Numbered from the stretch's first letter, positions 1 to 11,497 are shown. The stretch: 64,000 nucleotides of DNA from an uncultured Actinomycetota bacterium (GCA_963829525.1 CAWHIJ010000003.1:2240001-2304000), one strand, 5' to 3'. The notes: generated by a model not told the origin, from the sequence alone. Made by a program: numbers and translations.

Positions 1-492
1 ACCGTCCATGAGGCAGGCAATTCGCAGGGTGGTGCGGACGGAGTCGTCGACGGTGAACACCCCCGCCGCAACACCGGCATCCACCACGCGCTGGATCTCG
101 TCGCGCCAACGCTTGTCGGAGAGCCGACGAAGTCCGTCGATCCGCTCGTCGTGCAGCCCACGCACCCAGACCTCGAGCCAGAGCTGCCAGTCGCCGAAAG
201 CAGGTCCACCCTCGGCCGAGAGCAACGCCATGCGTACCAGCTGGTCGCGAGCATCTGCTTCGTCACCGTCTGCAAGTTCGGCGTAATAGTCGTCTTCCAC
301 CGATTCGAGGGCTGCGACCAAGACATCTGCCAGGCTGCTGAAGTGATAGAGAACGAGCGCTGGACTTGTTCCAGCGGTGGTAGCGATGTCTGCTACCCGC
401 GTGCCAGAAAATCCTCGCTCACGGAGCACGGCGATGGCTGCAGCGAGGATGCGACGACGACGTTCGTCGGGTGCCTTGGCTGCCAAAGTCAT
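1..492 (-). CDS. TetR family transcriptional regulator (runs off window edge)
   Basis: Not in ORF track; manual translation MTLAAKAPDERRRRILAAAIAVLRERGFSGTRVADIATTAGTSPALVLYHF is a TetR N-terminal HTH; alternative in-frame GTG at 507. Confidence 0.85.
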   Translation of the reverse strand, partial: MTLAAKAPDERRRRILAAAIAVLRERGFSGTRVADIATTAGTSPALVLYHFSSLADVLVAALESVEDDYYAELADGDEADARDQLVRMALLSAEGGPAFGDWQLWLEVWVRGLHDERIDGLRRLSDKRWRDEIQRVVDAGVAAGVFTVDDSVRTTLRIACLMDG

Positions 493-520
493 GCCCTCAT
501 CATTCACCATGCGGCCTCGA

Positions 521-1387
521 TCACCCCGCAACAGCGGCCAGGACGAGCGCCATCACCGGCGCTGTCGGCAGCAGCGAGTCGAGGCGGTCCATGATTCCGC
601 CGTGCTCCGGCAGGAGCCGCCCCATGTCCTTGACGCCGAGGTCGCGCTTGAGCAGCGACTCGGCAAGGTCACCGGCCGTGGCCGTCGCAACCGCGACGAG
701 CCCAACCAGAGCGCCCTGCCACCAGGTGGCATCGAGCAACAGTGGAACAGCAACCGCCGACCCCGCCGTCGCCGCGACGACCGAGCCGGCCACGCCCTCC
801 CATGACTTCTTCGGACTCACAGACGGTGCCATCGGGTGCTTGCCGAATCGCACCCCAGCTGCGAATCCGCCCGTATCACTCAACGCAACAGCCAAGATGA
901 AGATCACAATTCGGTCAGCACCGTCGTCCGCGGACACCATGAGGACCGCAGATGCCGCCAGCAGGGGCACGTAGACCGCGACGAACGCTCCAACAACCAA
1001 GTCCTGGGCCAGTCGATCCTCCGGACCGACGAGGCGCGCCGCCGCCATCGCCACGATGGTCAGAGTCAGCGCAACCGTAAGGGCATCGGTTCCGTCGACG
1101 TACGCTGCGACGACCATGGCTGCCCCACCGACCATGAGAGGAACGACAGGTACATCTATCGAGCGCCCGGACAGAACCTGACACACCTCATAGACGGCGA
1201 TGACAACCGCAACGACCACCAGAGCGACAAAAAGCGCTGTCACCGTGTAGAGGGTGATCAGCACGAGAGCGGCCAATGTCACGCCGACGGCGGTCGCCAC
1301 AGGGATGTTACGGCCAGCTCGGCGCTTCGCTCCCGTGGTGGAACTAGGTTCGGTCGCTGGCACCGGTGACCCAGGTGAGTCCGTCAT
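521..1387 (-). CDS. cdsA: phosphatidate cytidylyltransferase
   Basis: SDTGG and SPKKSWEG...KDMGRLLPEHGGIMDRLDS motifs; follows frr. Confidence 0.95.
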   Translation of the reverse strand: MTDSPGSPVPATEPSSTTGAKRRAGRNIPVATAVGVTLAALVLITLYTVTALFVALVVVAVVIAVYEVCQVLSGRSIDVPVVPLMVGGAAMVVAAYVDGTDALTVALTLTIVAMAAARLVGPEDRLAQDLVVGAFVAVYVPLLAASAVLMVSADDGADRIVIFILAVALSDTGGFAAGVRFGKHPMAPSVSPKKSWEGVAGSVVAATAGSAVAVPLLLDATWWQGALVGLVAVATATAGDLAESLLKRDLGVKDMGRLLPEHGGIMDRLDSLLPTAPVMALVLAAVAG

Positions 1388-1944
1388 TAGACCTCGAGAA
1401 GCTCAGCTTCCTTGTGCTTCAAAAGATCGTCGACCTGTGCAGTGAACTTGTGGGTGAGCTCGTCGAGGTGCTTCTCGGCCCGTCGGACGTCGTCCTCACC
1501 GACTTCCCCATCTTTTTGCAGCTTGTCGAGGTGATCTTTGGCATGTCGACGGACGTTGCGCATTGCCACCCGTGCGTCCTCAGCCTTGTGCTTTGCGACC
1601 TTGATGAACTCCTTCCTGCGCTCCTCGGTGAGGGGCGGAAAGGAGATTCGGATGATCGTGCCATCGTCGACCGGGTTAACGCCCAAGTCGGAGTCGCGGA
1701 TCGCCTTCTCAATCGCGGTGAGTGCACTCTTGTCGTACGGACTGACAATCATCTGCGACGGTTCCGGCGACTGGAACGACGCGAGCTGGTTCACCGGAGT
1801 AGGAGTTCCGTAGTAGTCGGCGAGGATTTTGTTGAACATGGCTGGGTTTGCCCGACCGGTCCGGATCGTCGAGAAGTCCTCCTTGGCAACGGCGATGGCC
1901 TTGCCCATCTTTTCCTCGGCCTCACGCATTGTCTCGTCGATCAT
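1387..1944 (-). CDS. frr: ribosome recycling factor
   Basis: IRTGRANP and [10 protein letters not shown] motifs. Confidence 0.97.
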   Translation of the reverse strand: MIDETMREAEEKMGKAIAVAKEDFSTIRTGRANPAMFNKILADYYGTPTPVNQLASFQSPEPSQMIVSPYDKSALTAIEKAIRDSDLGVNPVDDGTIIRISFPPLTEERRKEFIKVAKHKAEDARVAMRNVRRHAKDHLDKLQKDGEVGEDDVRRAEKHLDELTHKFTAQVDDLLKHKEAELLEV

Positions 1945-1961
1945 CGACTCCTACCTTCTTC

Positions 1962-2715
<754 letters not shown>

Positions 2716-2751
2716 GAGCAGCTCCTCGGTCGGTCCTGCGCGCAGTCTGCC

Positions 2752-3573
2752 TCAGACCTGGCCGACCTCGAAACGGGCGAACCGGGTGAGCGTGACACCA
2801 GCTTCGGCGAGCACCTGCCTTACCGTCTTCTTCTGGTCTTGGACGCTCGGCTGATCGAGCAGGACGACCTGCTTGTAGAAACCAGTGACACGACCATCGA
2901 CGATCTTCGGAAGCGCCGCTTCCGGCTTGCCCTCCTCGCGGGCGGTCGCCTCGGCGATCCGGCGCTCGTTCTCGACGACGTCGGCGGGAATGTCCTCACG
3001 ACTCAGGTACTGCGGCCGCATCGCCGCCACCTGCATTGCGGCCCCGCGAGCTGCATCGACGTCGCCGCCCTCGTAGCCAACGAGCACACCGACCGACGGC
3101 GGAAGGTCGCTGGCCCGCTTGTGGAGGTAGACCGTGCTGGCACCTTCGAAGACCGCCACACGACCGAGGACGAGCTTCTCGCCGATGACCGCGGCCAGTG
3201 CGTCGATGGCCTGCTGGACGGTCTGGCCGTCCGCAAGTGCCGCGGCCGCCAGCTGCTTCGCTCGACGCCGCCTTCGTGGCAGCCGCGGCTGCGGCGATCT
3301 GCGCACCGCAGGTCCTGGAACTTGTCGTTCTTGGCCACGAAGTCGGTCTCGCAGTTCAGCTCGATCAAGCGCCGATCGGTGGAGGCGACCAGACCATTGG
3401 CGGCGGTGCGCTCGGCTCGCTTGCCAAGACTCTTGGCGCCCTTGATGCGCAGCAGCTCGACGGCCTTGTCGAAGTCGCCTTCGGCCTCTTCGAGTGCCTT
3501 CTTGCTGTCCATCATCCCGGCGCCCGTTGCCTCGCGGAGGCGCTTGACATCGGCGGCGGTGAACGTTCGCCAT
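2752..3573 (-). CDS. tsf: elongation factor Ts (several apparent frameshifts)
   Basis: [25 protein letters not shown] and C-terminal FARFEVG are split across frames. Confidence 0.93.
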   Translation of the reverse strand: MANVHRRRCQAPPRGNGRRDDGQQEGTRRGRRRLRQGRRAAAHQGRQESWQASRAHRRQWSGRLHRSALDRAELRDRLRGQERQVPGPAVRRSPQPRLPRRRRRAKQLAAAALADGQTVQQAIDALAAVIGEKLVLGRVAVFEGASTVYLHKRASDLPPSVGVLVGYEGGDVDAARGAAMQVAAMRPQYLSREDIPADVVENERRIAEATAREEGKPEAALPKIVDGRVTGFYKQVVLLDQPSVQDQKKTVRQVLAEAGVTLTRFARFEVGQV

Positions 3574-3622
3574 GGGGTTCCTTCCCTCGTCGATCTGGGT
3601 ACGTGCAGTTGGTCAGGCTTGG

Positions 3623-4518
3623 TCAGCTGGGCTCGGTCTGCGGCCGCGGGCTCGGTCGGTGCGTCGCCGACGACCGGACTCTCGGCCGCCGACTCCTCGA
3701 CTGCCGGGGCATCCACTCGCGACGGGCGGTCGGTCGTCACCGCTGAGCAGCTCGCGCTCCCACTCCGGCAGCGGCTCTGCGGCGCCTGGTTCGGCCGCTC
3801 AGGCTTGGCGTCACCAGTAGCCGCCCCGGCGCGCGAGACCAGGCCATCGGCCACAGCGTCTGCGATCACGCGGGTAAGCAGTGCGACCGAGCGAATGGCG
3901 TCGTCGTTGCCCGGGATCGGGTAGTCGACGACGTCAGGGTCGCAGTTGCTGTCGAGGATCGCGACGACCGGGATGCCCAGCTTGCTTGGCCTCATCGACC
4001 GCGATCGACTCCTTGTTGGTGTCGATGACCCAGAGCGCGCTCGGGGATCTTGGCCATGTCACGGATTCCGCCGAGGGTCCGCTCGAGCTTGACCTTCTCC
4101 CGGCGGAGGACGAGCAGCTCCTTCTTCGTCAGGCCTGAGCCGGCGACATCGTCGAAGTCGATCTCCTCAAGCTCCTTGAGACGCTGCAGCCGCTTGTGCA
4201 CCGTCTGGAAGTTGGTGAGCATGCCACCCAGCCAACGGTGGTTGACGTAGGGCATGCCGACTCGGGTGGCCTGCTCGGCGATGGCCTCTTGGCCTGCTTC
4301 TTCGTGCCGACGAACATCACTGAGCCGCCGTGGGCGACGGTCTCCTTGACGAACTCGTAGGCGCGGTCGATGAAGGCCAGCGACTGCTGCAGATCGATGA
4401 TGTAGATGCCGTTGCGCTCGGTGAAGATGAAACGCTTCATCTTCGGGTTCCACCGACGGGTCTGGTGCCCGAAATGGACACCGCTCTCAAGCAACTGCCT
4501 CATGGTGACGACGGCCAT
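3623..4518 (-). CDS. rpsB: 30S ribosomal protein S2 (several apparent frameshifts; 3' end approximate)
   Basis: [37 protein letters not shown] and [10 protein letters not shown] lie in three frames. Confidence 0.95.
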
Positions 4519-4700
4519 AGCCGAAACTCTCCTCACCCGCGCTGGCGCGCGGTACTCGGTTCTGTGCCCGCGACGGCGCCGCGAACCCTGATGTCTGTCG
4601 CGGCCTGCCGAACCGATCGCGAGATCGGGCCGGACCGAGTGGCCAACCCCCGCGCCCGTGCGAACGGGGCGAGCGGGACGGACATGCGAAGTCACTCTGC
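4519..4700 (-). promoter_or_regulatory. long GC-rich 5' leader of rpsB (candidate S2 autoregulatory leader)
   Basis: About 180 nt non-coding stretch with several inverted repeats upstream of rpsB; call is mainly positional. Confidence 0.4.
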
Positions 4701-4851
4701 GAACAGAGTGCTGGTGCGGAGTCTACGGGCCCGGTCCGGACGGGCCTAATCCGGATTCTCCGACCATGCACAGGTTCCTCGGGTACCCCCGATCCACCGT
4801 CCGGCAGGGGCACGACTCCCATCAGCGGCCCTGGCCGGAAGATCGTCGGTC

Positions 4852-5436
4852 ATGAACCCCTTTGCCCTTGGCCTGGCTACCGCGACCTTGGCCGCCCTTG
4901 TCGCCAATCTCCCCCTCACCGCCGCGACTCTCCCGGCTCGCCAGCCGCCCCCCGCCCAGCGTGCTGCGGGTCTTGCCACTCCACGTGACACCGCGGCGTC
5001 ATGGCCAACGACCCCAGCCACGGTCCTCCGCCCCTTCGAGCCGCATGAGGCCTTCGGGCCGGGGCACCGCGGAGTCGACCTCGCGGCCGTTCCTGGGCAG
5101 GAGGTCAGATCGGCCCTGATCGGTAGGGTCTCGTTCGCGGGAGAAGTCGCTGGGCGGCCGATCGTGGTCATCGAACACGAGGGTGATCTGCGCACCACAT
5201 ACCTACCGTTGGCCGCCACGGTGGCCGTAGGTACTCGCGTCGACGCTGGCCAACCCATCGGGACACTCGCGGTGGGCGCACACTGCCCGGTGAGCAGCTG
5301 TTTGCACTGGGGGGCGCGGCTTGGCAACGAGTATGTGGATCCGCTGACACTCTTGGGGCGTGAGGTAGTGCTTCTTCCGCTCGACGGCGACACGACCTCT
5401 GCGGCTTACGGCAGCCTCAGACTGAGTGAGCCCTAG
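4852..5436 (+). CDS. M23 family metallopeptidase, secreted
   Basis: Signal peptide, HRGVD and CLHWG motifs; usual position divergent from rpsB. Confidence 0.88.
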   Translation: MNPFALGLATATLAALVANLPLTAATLPARQPPPAQRAAGLATPRDTAASWPTTPATVLRPFEPHEAFGPGHRGVDLAAVPGQEVRSALIGRVSFAGEVAGRPIVVIEHEGDLRTTYLPLAATVAVGTRVDAGQPIGTLAVGAHCPVSSCLHWGARLGNEYVDPLTLLGREVVLLPLDGDTTSAAYGSLRLSEP

Positions 5437-6497
5437 TCGGGGGCGTCTGCCAGCCGTCCTCGCAGCTGCAGAACCGCCTTGGTATGCATCTGACAGATGC
5501 GGCTCTCGGTAACCCCAAGGACCTGCCCGATCTCGGCCAAGGTGAGCCCCTCGTAGTAGTAGAGCGTCACCACGATCTTTTCGCGCTCTGGCAAATGGTT
5601 GATCGCCTTGGCGAGCAGATACTTGGTCTCCTCGGACTCAAAGGCTGCCACCGGATCTTCGGCCTTGGTGTCCTCAAGCGTGTCGACCAGGCTCAGCTTG
5701 TCCCCCTTCTCACCACCAACGTTGAGCAACTCGTCGAGTGCTACGACGTTGACGAACGAGACGCGGCTGAAGATCGTGTGGAGCTCGTCGAGGGTGATGC
5801 CCATCTCCTCGGCGACCTCTGGTTCGGTGGGAGTCCGGTGCAGCTTCGCCTCCAGCGCTGCGTACGCCCGCTCGACCTCGCGAGCCTTGTAACGCACGGA
5901 CCTGGGAATCCAGTCGATCGACCTCAGCTCGTCGATGATGGCCCCGCGGATCCGGCTGATCGCATACGTCTCGAACTTGATGGCGCGCTCGAGGTCGAAC
6001 TTCTCGATGGCGTCGATGAGGCCGAAAATGCCGTAGGAAACGAGATCGGCTTGCTCGATGTTGGGGGGTAGACCCACGCCGACTCGGCCGGCGACGTACT
6101 TCACCAACGGCGAGTAGTGCAGGATCAACCGCTCCCGCAGGCTCTGCTCGGCCGTGTCTTTGAAGTCCCTCCAGAGCTGCTGGAGCGCCTGCTCTGCCAC
6201 CGCCGCCTCGTCGAGTGCATCGAACGCGTCGGCCGCGGCAATCGCGGCCGCCGCCTTTGCAGCGGTCCCCTTCGACTTCGCAGGCGGCGCAGCAGCTGCC
6301 TTCTTCTTCGCCGGCGAGGAGGCTTTCGACGCTGGCGTGGACTCCGCCGATTTGGCCGCCGGGGACTTCTTGGCGGTCGCCCGCTTGGCAACGGTTTTCG
6401 CCGGCGCCTTGGCGGCACTCTTCTCGGTGCTCGATCGCCCAGAGGACGCCCGTGACGCCGCTGCGTCCGGTTCAGGCGCGGGGGTGCGCTTGGTCAT
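5433..6497 (-). CDS. whiG: FliA/WhiG family RNA polymerase sigma factor with Ala/Lys/Pro-rich N-terminal extension
   Basis: [42 protein letters not shown]. Confidence 0.93.
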   Translation of the reverse strand: MTKRTPAPEPDAAASRASSGRSSTEKSAAKAPAKTVAKRATAKKSPAAKSAESTPASKASSPAKKKAAAAPPAKSKGTAAKAAAAIAAADAFDALDEAAVAEQALQQLWRDFKDTAEQSLRERLILHYSPLVKYVAGRVGVGLPPNIEQADLVSYGIFGLIDAIEKFDLERAIKFETYAISRIRGAIIDELRSIDWIPRSVRYKAREVERAYAALEAKLHRTPTEPEVAEEMGITLDELHTIFSRVSFVNVVALDELLNVGGEKGDKLSLVDTLEDTKAEDPVAAFESEETKYLLAKAINHLPEREKIVVTLYYYEGLTLAEIGQVLGVTESRICQMHTKAVLQLRGRLADAPD

Positions 6498-7420
6498 ACG
6501 CCCTCTTCAGTCGGTCAACGGAGACATGGGTGTAGATCTGGGTCGTCGCGAGCGTAGCGTGCCCCAACAGCTCTTGGACGGAGCGCAGGTCGGCGCCGCC
6601 TTCAAGCAGGTGCGTGGCCGCGGTGTGCCGCAGTCCATGCGGGCCGAGATCGGGTGCGTCCTCGACCGATGCCAGGTGTTCGTGTACCAGGGTACGAACC
6701 GCCCGCTGGTCGATGCGACGCCCCCTCCTCCCGAGGAAGAGCGCTGGCCCGCTTCCGGAGCGTGCCAGCTCAACTCTCGGACCCGCAAGCCACCGATCGA
6801 TGGCCACCTGGGCTGGGATCCCGTAGGGCACCGTACGTTCCTTGGCGCCCTTTCCGAAAACTCGAACCGTGCGCCGCCCGTCGTCGACGTCGTCGACGTC
6901 GAGCCCGCATAGCTCACTCACACGGATACCGGTGGCATAGAGCAGCTCCAAGATGGCGACATCTCGTGGACCGACCGGGTCGTCGCCCTCGGCAGCACGC
7001 TCGGCGGCGGAGTCGAGTAGGTCGATGACCTGGCCGGCACCCAGGACCTGGGGAAGCGTCCGATGTGCCTTTGGGCGCGCCAACCGGGCACCGGCGTCGC
7101 GGTCCCCTCTGCCGCTGCGTTCAAGCCACCGGGCGAAGGTACGAGCTGCCGACGCCTTTCGTGCGATAGTGCTGCGCGCCCGGCCGGTGGTCTGTTGCAA
7201 CGCCAGCCAACTGCGTAGGTCAGCGAGATCGAGCTCACCAGCCGTTGCGCGCCCCCTGCGGCTGGCATGTTCGAGCAAACTGCCGATGTCGGTGCGTGTA
7301 AGCCCGCACCGAGCTCGGCGAAAGCCCGCGCTCCGATCGCAGATGGCGCTCAAATGCCTCCGCGGCCTCCGCTAACGCGCCCGGAAGCGCCTCTTCGGCG
7401 GCCACTGGTTGATCAGACAC
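6472..7420 (-). CDS. xerC: tyrosine recombinase XerC (apparent frameshift near 7295)
   Basis: [36 protein letters not shown]; N-terminus in ORF 7235-7420. Confidence 0.92.
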
Positions 7421-7426
7421 TGCCCT

Positions 7427-7455
7427 ACCGTGCGTGACAGCGAACCTCGAGGCAA
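7427..7455 (-). promoter_or_regulatory. sigma70-type promoter, probably leaderless, for xerC
   Basis: TTGCCT-N17-CACGGT, then 6 nt to the GTG start. Confidence 0.45.
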
Positions 7456-7474
7456 GCCCCCGCGCCGCCCGACC

Positions 7475-8608
7475 TCAGCCCTCCCGACGAAGAACGGTGT
7501 CAGCGGCGCCGGGAACCCGGACGAATCCGGCGGCCACCTCACGGATCAGCCCGGTAGCCGCCAGACGGAGCACGATGCCGCCTGTCACGCCGACGTCCAC
7601 CCCCGCGCTGACCGCCAGCTGGGCGACCCCCACCGGGGATTCGGTTGGCATGGCCTCCAGCACCCGCAGGGACATCGGATCGAGTGAGTCACTGACCCGG
7701 AGCAGGGGGCTCGCGCGATCGGCGAGCTCGCCGATCAACCCGACCTCCTCAATCACCTCCGACGCGTCGGTGACGAGGCGGGCCGGCTCGTCACCGCGGG
7801 CCAATCGGTGACAGCCCGCGGACAGTGCCGAGGTGACCGGGCCGGGGACGACGAGGACCGGACGTCCGAGCCGGCGGGCGGCAGCTGCGGTGTTCAGCGC
7901 CCCCGAGCGATGGGCTGCCTCGACCACGACGGTGCCTCGAGTAAGTGCCGCGATGATCCGGTTGCGCAGGAGAAACCGGGGCTTGGTGGGGGTGGTACCA
8001 GGAGGGAACTCCGAGACGAGAGCCCCGCCCTCATCACGAAGCCTGGCAAAGAGGCTGACGTGCCCCCGCGGATAGGCAACATCAGCGCCGAAGGCGAGGG
8101 CTGCGATGGTGACGCCACCGGCTGCGAGGGCACCACGATGGGCTGCCGCGTCGATGCCGTAGGCCCCTCCGGAGACCACGGCCCATCCCCGCGCTGCCAG
8201 GTCGGTGGCCAGTTCACTGGCCACGTGCACCCCGTACTGCGTCGCGGCTCTGGCGCCAACGATGGCCACCGACCTGGCTGCTGCGGCGCGCAGCTCGCCG
8301 CCGACGACGAACAGGCCCCAGGGAGCGGCAGGGCCCAACGCCATGAGCTGGGTGGGCCACTCACCGTCGCCCGGTACGAGATAACGCCCACCGTGAGCCG
8401 AAAAGGCTTCGCCTTGGTCGATCGGGGGTAGCGCGAGCCTGGCACGGTAGTGCTCGACCCCACGCACGGTCCGGTCATTGGCCTCGATCCGCGCCAGCAC
8501 CTCACTGCCCGAGCTGCTCGCAAGCTCTGCGCCGAGACGTTCGTCTCCAGGTTCGGCGAGCTGCGAGAGCCTCATCCGTGCCACCCGCTCGTCGGCTAAA
8601 CCGCCCAT
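7475..8608 (-). CDS. dprA: DNA-processing protein DprA
   Basis: VAIVGARAAT, VVSGGAYGIDAAAH, FLLRNRIIAAL motifs. Confidence 0.95.
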   Translation of the reverse strand: MGGLADERVARMRLSQLAEPGDERLGAELASSSGSEVLARIEANDRTVRGVEHYRARLALPPIDQGEAFSAHGGRYLVPGDGEWPTQLMALGPAAPWGLFVVGGELRAAAARSVAIVGARAATQYGVHVASELATDLAARGWAVVSGGAYGIDAAAHRGALAAGGVTIAALAFGADVAYPRGHVSLFARLRDEGGALVSEFPPGTTPTKPRFLLRNRIIAALTRGTVVVEAAHRSGALNTAAAARRLGRPVLVVPGPVTSALSAGCHRLARGDEPARLVTDASEVIEEVGLIGELADRASPLLRVSDSLDPMSLRVLEAMPTESPVGVAQLAVSAGVDVGVTGGIVLRLAATGLIREVAAGFVRVPGAADTVLRREG

Positions 8609-10125
8609 GGGAGGCCACCTCCGCGCAACACAACCGCCGCGGACACCTCAGCGGCTCCGGGCTGATCGAGGCCACCGAGGTCGGCGATAGTCCACGCGAC
8701 CCGCAGTACGCGGTCAACACCGCGGGCGGTCAGCCGACCACGACCGACTTCATCAAGCACGACAGCTGTTCCCTCTCGGTGTACCCGGTGCGTCGAACGC
8801 AGCGCCGGACCGGGCACCTCAGCGTTGGTGGTCCAGGGCTGTCCTGCGAACCGGCGACCAGCTAGTTCTCGGGCGACGAGCACGCGCTCGCGCACGGCGG
8901 CGCTCGGCTCGCCGCCCCGGCCCTCGACGAGCTCGGCCCTGGTCACCGGAAGCACCGGCACCTGTAGGTCGACCCGGTCGAGAAGCGGGCCACTCAGCCG
9001 GGCTGCATACCGCCGTTTCTGATCCGGAGTACAGACACAGTCCAGCCCGCGGCCACTGCTTCGGCCGCAGGGACAAGGGTTCGCCGCCAGCACCAGCTGG
9101 AAGCGGGCCGGATACGTGACGGTCGCATCGCCACGTGCCAACTCGACCTCACCGCGCTCCATTGGCTGCCGAAGTGTGTCGAGCACGATCCGACTGAACT
9201 CCGGTGCCTCGTCGAGGAAGAGGACGCCGCGGTGCGCGAGGCTAACAGCCCCAGGTCTCGCAACACCGACGCCGCCCCCGACCAGCGCAGCCGCCGACGC
9301 CGTATGGTGCGGTGCCTGATAGGGCGGCCGCACCACCATGGGTCGTTCGGGCCGCAGAGCACCGGCCACCGAGTGGATGGCAGTCACCTCAAGAACCTGT
9401 TGCTCGGTCAGCGGCGGAAGCAGGCTGGGCAGCCTTTCGGCGAGCAGGCTCTTGCCGGCGCCGGGTGCGCCGTGGAGCAGCAAATGGTGACCACCAGCGG
9501 CCGCCACCTCAACGGCCAGACGCGGCGTCGCCTGCCCATTGACGTCTTCGAGGTCGGGACCGTCCGGTGGCACTGCGTCAGGGGAGATCGCCTCGGCCCA
9601 CCGGGGCTCCCGGACGCCACGCAGAACTTCGACGACTTCGGACAGATCCGAAGCAACAGCGACTTCGGCACCAGGCACGACTGCCGCCTCACCGCCGGAC
9701 CACTCGGCCACCATCAGCCGCCGACAGCCTGCGGCCACCGAAGCCAGCACCATGGGGAGAACACCGCGTACTGGCCGGACGGCCCCGTCGAGGCCGAGCT
9801 CGGCGATCAGCACCCACTCCTCGGTAGACCGCTGGGGCACCACCTCGAAGGCGGCCAAGCAGGCACAGGCGAGCGCGAGGTCGAACCCGCTCCCCCGCTT
9901 GCGCACCGAGGCCGGCGACAGGCTGGCCGTCACCTTGCACGACTTCCAGACGGCGCCACTGTTGGTGATCGCCGCCCGCACACGATCGCGAGCATCGCGG
10001 ACGGCCGCGTCTGGCAGCCCCACCAGGGTCAGCCCGGGCACCCCAGGGCTGGCATCGACCTCAACACGCACCAGCGTTCCCACAACACCGGTCAGCGTCA
10101 CCGTGTATGCGCTCGCGGTGCTCAC
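8596..10125 (-). CDS. comM: YifB/ComM family AAA+ helicase (Mg-chelatase-like)
   Basis: GAPGAGKS Walker A, LAHRGVLFLDE, SGPLLDRVD; GTG start overlaps yraN stop. Confidence 0.93.
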   Translation of the reverse strand: MSTASAYTVTLTGVVGTLVRVEVDASPGVPGLTLVGLPDAAVRDARDRVRAAITNSGAVWKSCKVTASLSPASVRKRGSGFDLALACACLAAFEVVPQRSTEEWVLIAELGLDGAVRPVRGVLPMVLASVAAGCRRLMVAEWSGGEAAVVPGAEVAVASDLSEVVEVLRGVREPRWAEAISPDAVPPDGPDLEDVNGQATPRLAVEVAAAGGHHLLLHGAPGAGKSLLAERLPSLLPPLTEQQVLEVTAIHSVAGALRPERPMVVRPPYQAPHHTASAAALVGGGVGVARPGAVSLAHRGVLFLDEAPEFSRIVLDTLRQPMERGEVELARGDATVTYPARFQLVLAANPCPCGRSSGRGLDCVCTPDQKRRYAARLSGPLLDRVDLQVPVLPVTRAELVEGRGGEPSAAVRERVLVARELAGRRFAGQPWTTNAEVPGPALRSTHRVHREGTAVVLDEVGRGRLTARGVDRVLRVAWTIADLGGLDQPGAAEVSAAVVLRGGGLPWAV

Positions 10126-10478
10126 CCGACCGCCCCGCGAACGTGTTCGATCTCCGGGTCGCCGAAGCCCAGCACAATGCCGACGAGGTCGATACGAATC
10201 TGGAGAGGATGGACGTCGTGCGCGTGAACCCAGCACGCCGCCAACCGCCGAAGCCGGGCAGCCTTCGCCGTTGTCACCGCCTCAAGAGGGCTGCCAAATC
10301 GCCGGCTGCTACGCGTCTTCACCTCGCAGATGATCAAGGTGTCACCGTCCCTGGCAACGATGTCGACCTCGCCAACGTCGCAGCGCCAGTTTCGGTCCAG
10401 GACGATGAGTCCTTGGGCGATCAGGTGAGCCGCAGCCAGCTCTTCCCCGAGTCGGCCCCGTGCGTCTTTCGCACGCAT
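10122..10478 (-). CDS. yraN: YraN family nuclease (UPF0102)
   Basis: GRLGEELA, RNWRCDVGEVDIV, EVKTR motifs. Confidence 0.92.
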   Translation of the reverse strand: MRAKDARGRLGEELAAAHLIAQGLIVLDRNWRCDVGEVDIVARDGDTLIICEVKTRSSRRFGSPLEAVTTAKAARLRRLAACWVHAHDVHPLQIRIDLVGIVLGFGDPEIEHVRGAVG

Positions 10479-10500
10479 GAGCACCACCTCCACCCGAAGG

Positions 10501-10522
10501 AGGGTGGTCGGCTGGCTCGACA
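10501..10522 (-). promoter_or_regulatory. RecA-NDp/PafBC-like promoter upstream of yraN-comM-dprA
   Basis: TGTCGA-N10-CACCCT resembles the TGTCGG-N10-TANNNT consensus. Confidence 0.4.
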
Positions 10523-10596
10523 GAACTCCGGTGTCGCCCCCGGATTGGGGAGAAGTGGGCTACCGCTTCGCTGTGGATGGAGAGGGTGACGCGAGG

Positions 10597-10917
10597 TCAC
10601 GCCGAAGGAAGCGTCCCTGGATCAAACTCCGACGGCACAGTCTCCTCGACGTTGACGTCCTTGAAGGTCAGCACCCGCACCTCACGGATGAAGCGGGTTG
10701 GCCGGTAGAGGTCCCACACCCAAGCGTCATTAAGCCGCACTTCAATGTAGGCATCGGACCCATCGACTGGTCTGACCTGCACGTCGACGGCGTTAGCGAG
10801 GTAGAAGCGGCGATCGGTCTCCACTACGTACCTGAACAGCGAGACCACATCGCGGTACTCCCGGTAGAGGGCGAGCTCGAGCTCGGCCTCGTACCGCTCG
10901 AGATCTTCAGCGCTCAT
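10597..10917 (-). CDS. DUF2469 family protein
   Basis: MSAEDLERYE...YVVETDRRFYLAN...DAWVWDLYRP signature; typical rnhB neighbour. Confidence 0.92.
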   Translation of the reverse strand: MSAEDLERYEAELELALYREYRDVVSLFRYVVETDRRFYLANAVDVQVRPVDGSDAYIEVRLNDAWVWDLYRPTRFIREVRVLTFKDVNVEETVPSEFDPGTLPSA

Positions 10918-10977
10918 TGGTACGCCTCGCTCCTCACCACGTTCTAGCGGCGATTTGTTCGCGTCGCGCGGGCTCCA

Positions 10978-11352
10978 TCACCCGCCAGGAAGGATGAGAC
11001 AAAAGGGGTGGTCCTCCGGATCGAGGTACACCCGAAAGAGGGTGCCCGGCTGCACCGCGTGCTTGCGGGCGCCCAAGGCCAACACTGCCGCCTCGCCGAC
11101 ATCGAGGTCATCGAGCTCGAAGTCGAGATGCTCTTGCTGAGGGTGCTCTTGGCCTGGCCACTGCGGAGGTTGGTAGTCGTCGACCCGCTGGAACCCCAAC
11201 GTCGCACCGACGTCACTTCTGAGAGCAACCCAGTCACCGTCAGAGGCGCCCTCGTCGATCGGCCAGCCGGTGATCGCCGAGTAGAACTCCGCAAGGGGGC
11301 GCGGCTCCCGGCAGTCGACGGCAGTCCACGCAAGTCGGCCTATTCGATTCAT
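10978..11352 (-). CDS. VOC/glyoxalase family protein
   Basis: LAEFYSAITGW, PQQEHLDF, VYLDPEDHPFCL. Confidence 0.88.
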   Translation of the reverse strand: MNRIGRLAWTAVDCREPRPLAEFYSAITGWPIDEGASDGDWVALRSDVGATLGFQRVDDYQPPQWPGQEHPQQEHLDFELDDLDVGEAAVLALGARKHAVQPGTLFRVYLDPEDHPFCLILPGG

Positions 11353-11497
11353 GGCAGGCAGTATGGCACCTTCATGGTCGGCGGTTATCAGCGTTTTGGC
11401 GGCACCTGGCTGCAGACCCGGGTCGCGATGGTTTGCGTCTGTCGCAGTAACTCTGGCATGCCGTGGACCACATCGTCGATGCTGCCCGGTTCATGAA

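Noticed and set aside
6472-7420. Tyrosine recombinase as a prophage or island integrase
   Set aside because: Size, motifs and dprA-xerC-whiG synteny indicate housekeeping XerC
11353-11497. Possible small ORF or sRNA between rnhB and the VOC gene
   Set aside because: No convincing start, motif or stable hairpin seen
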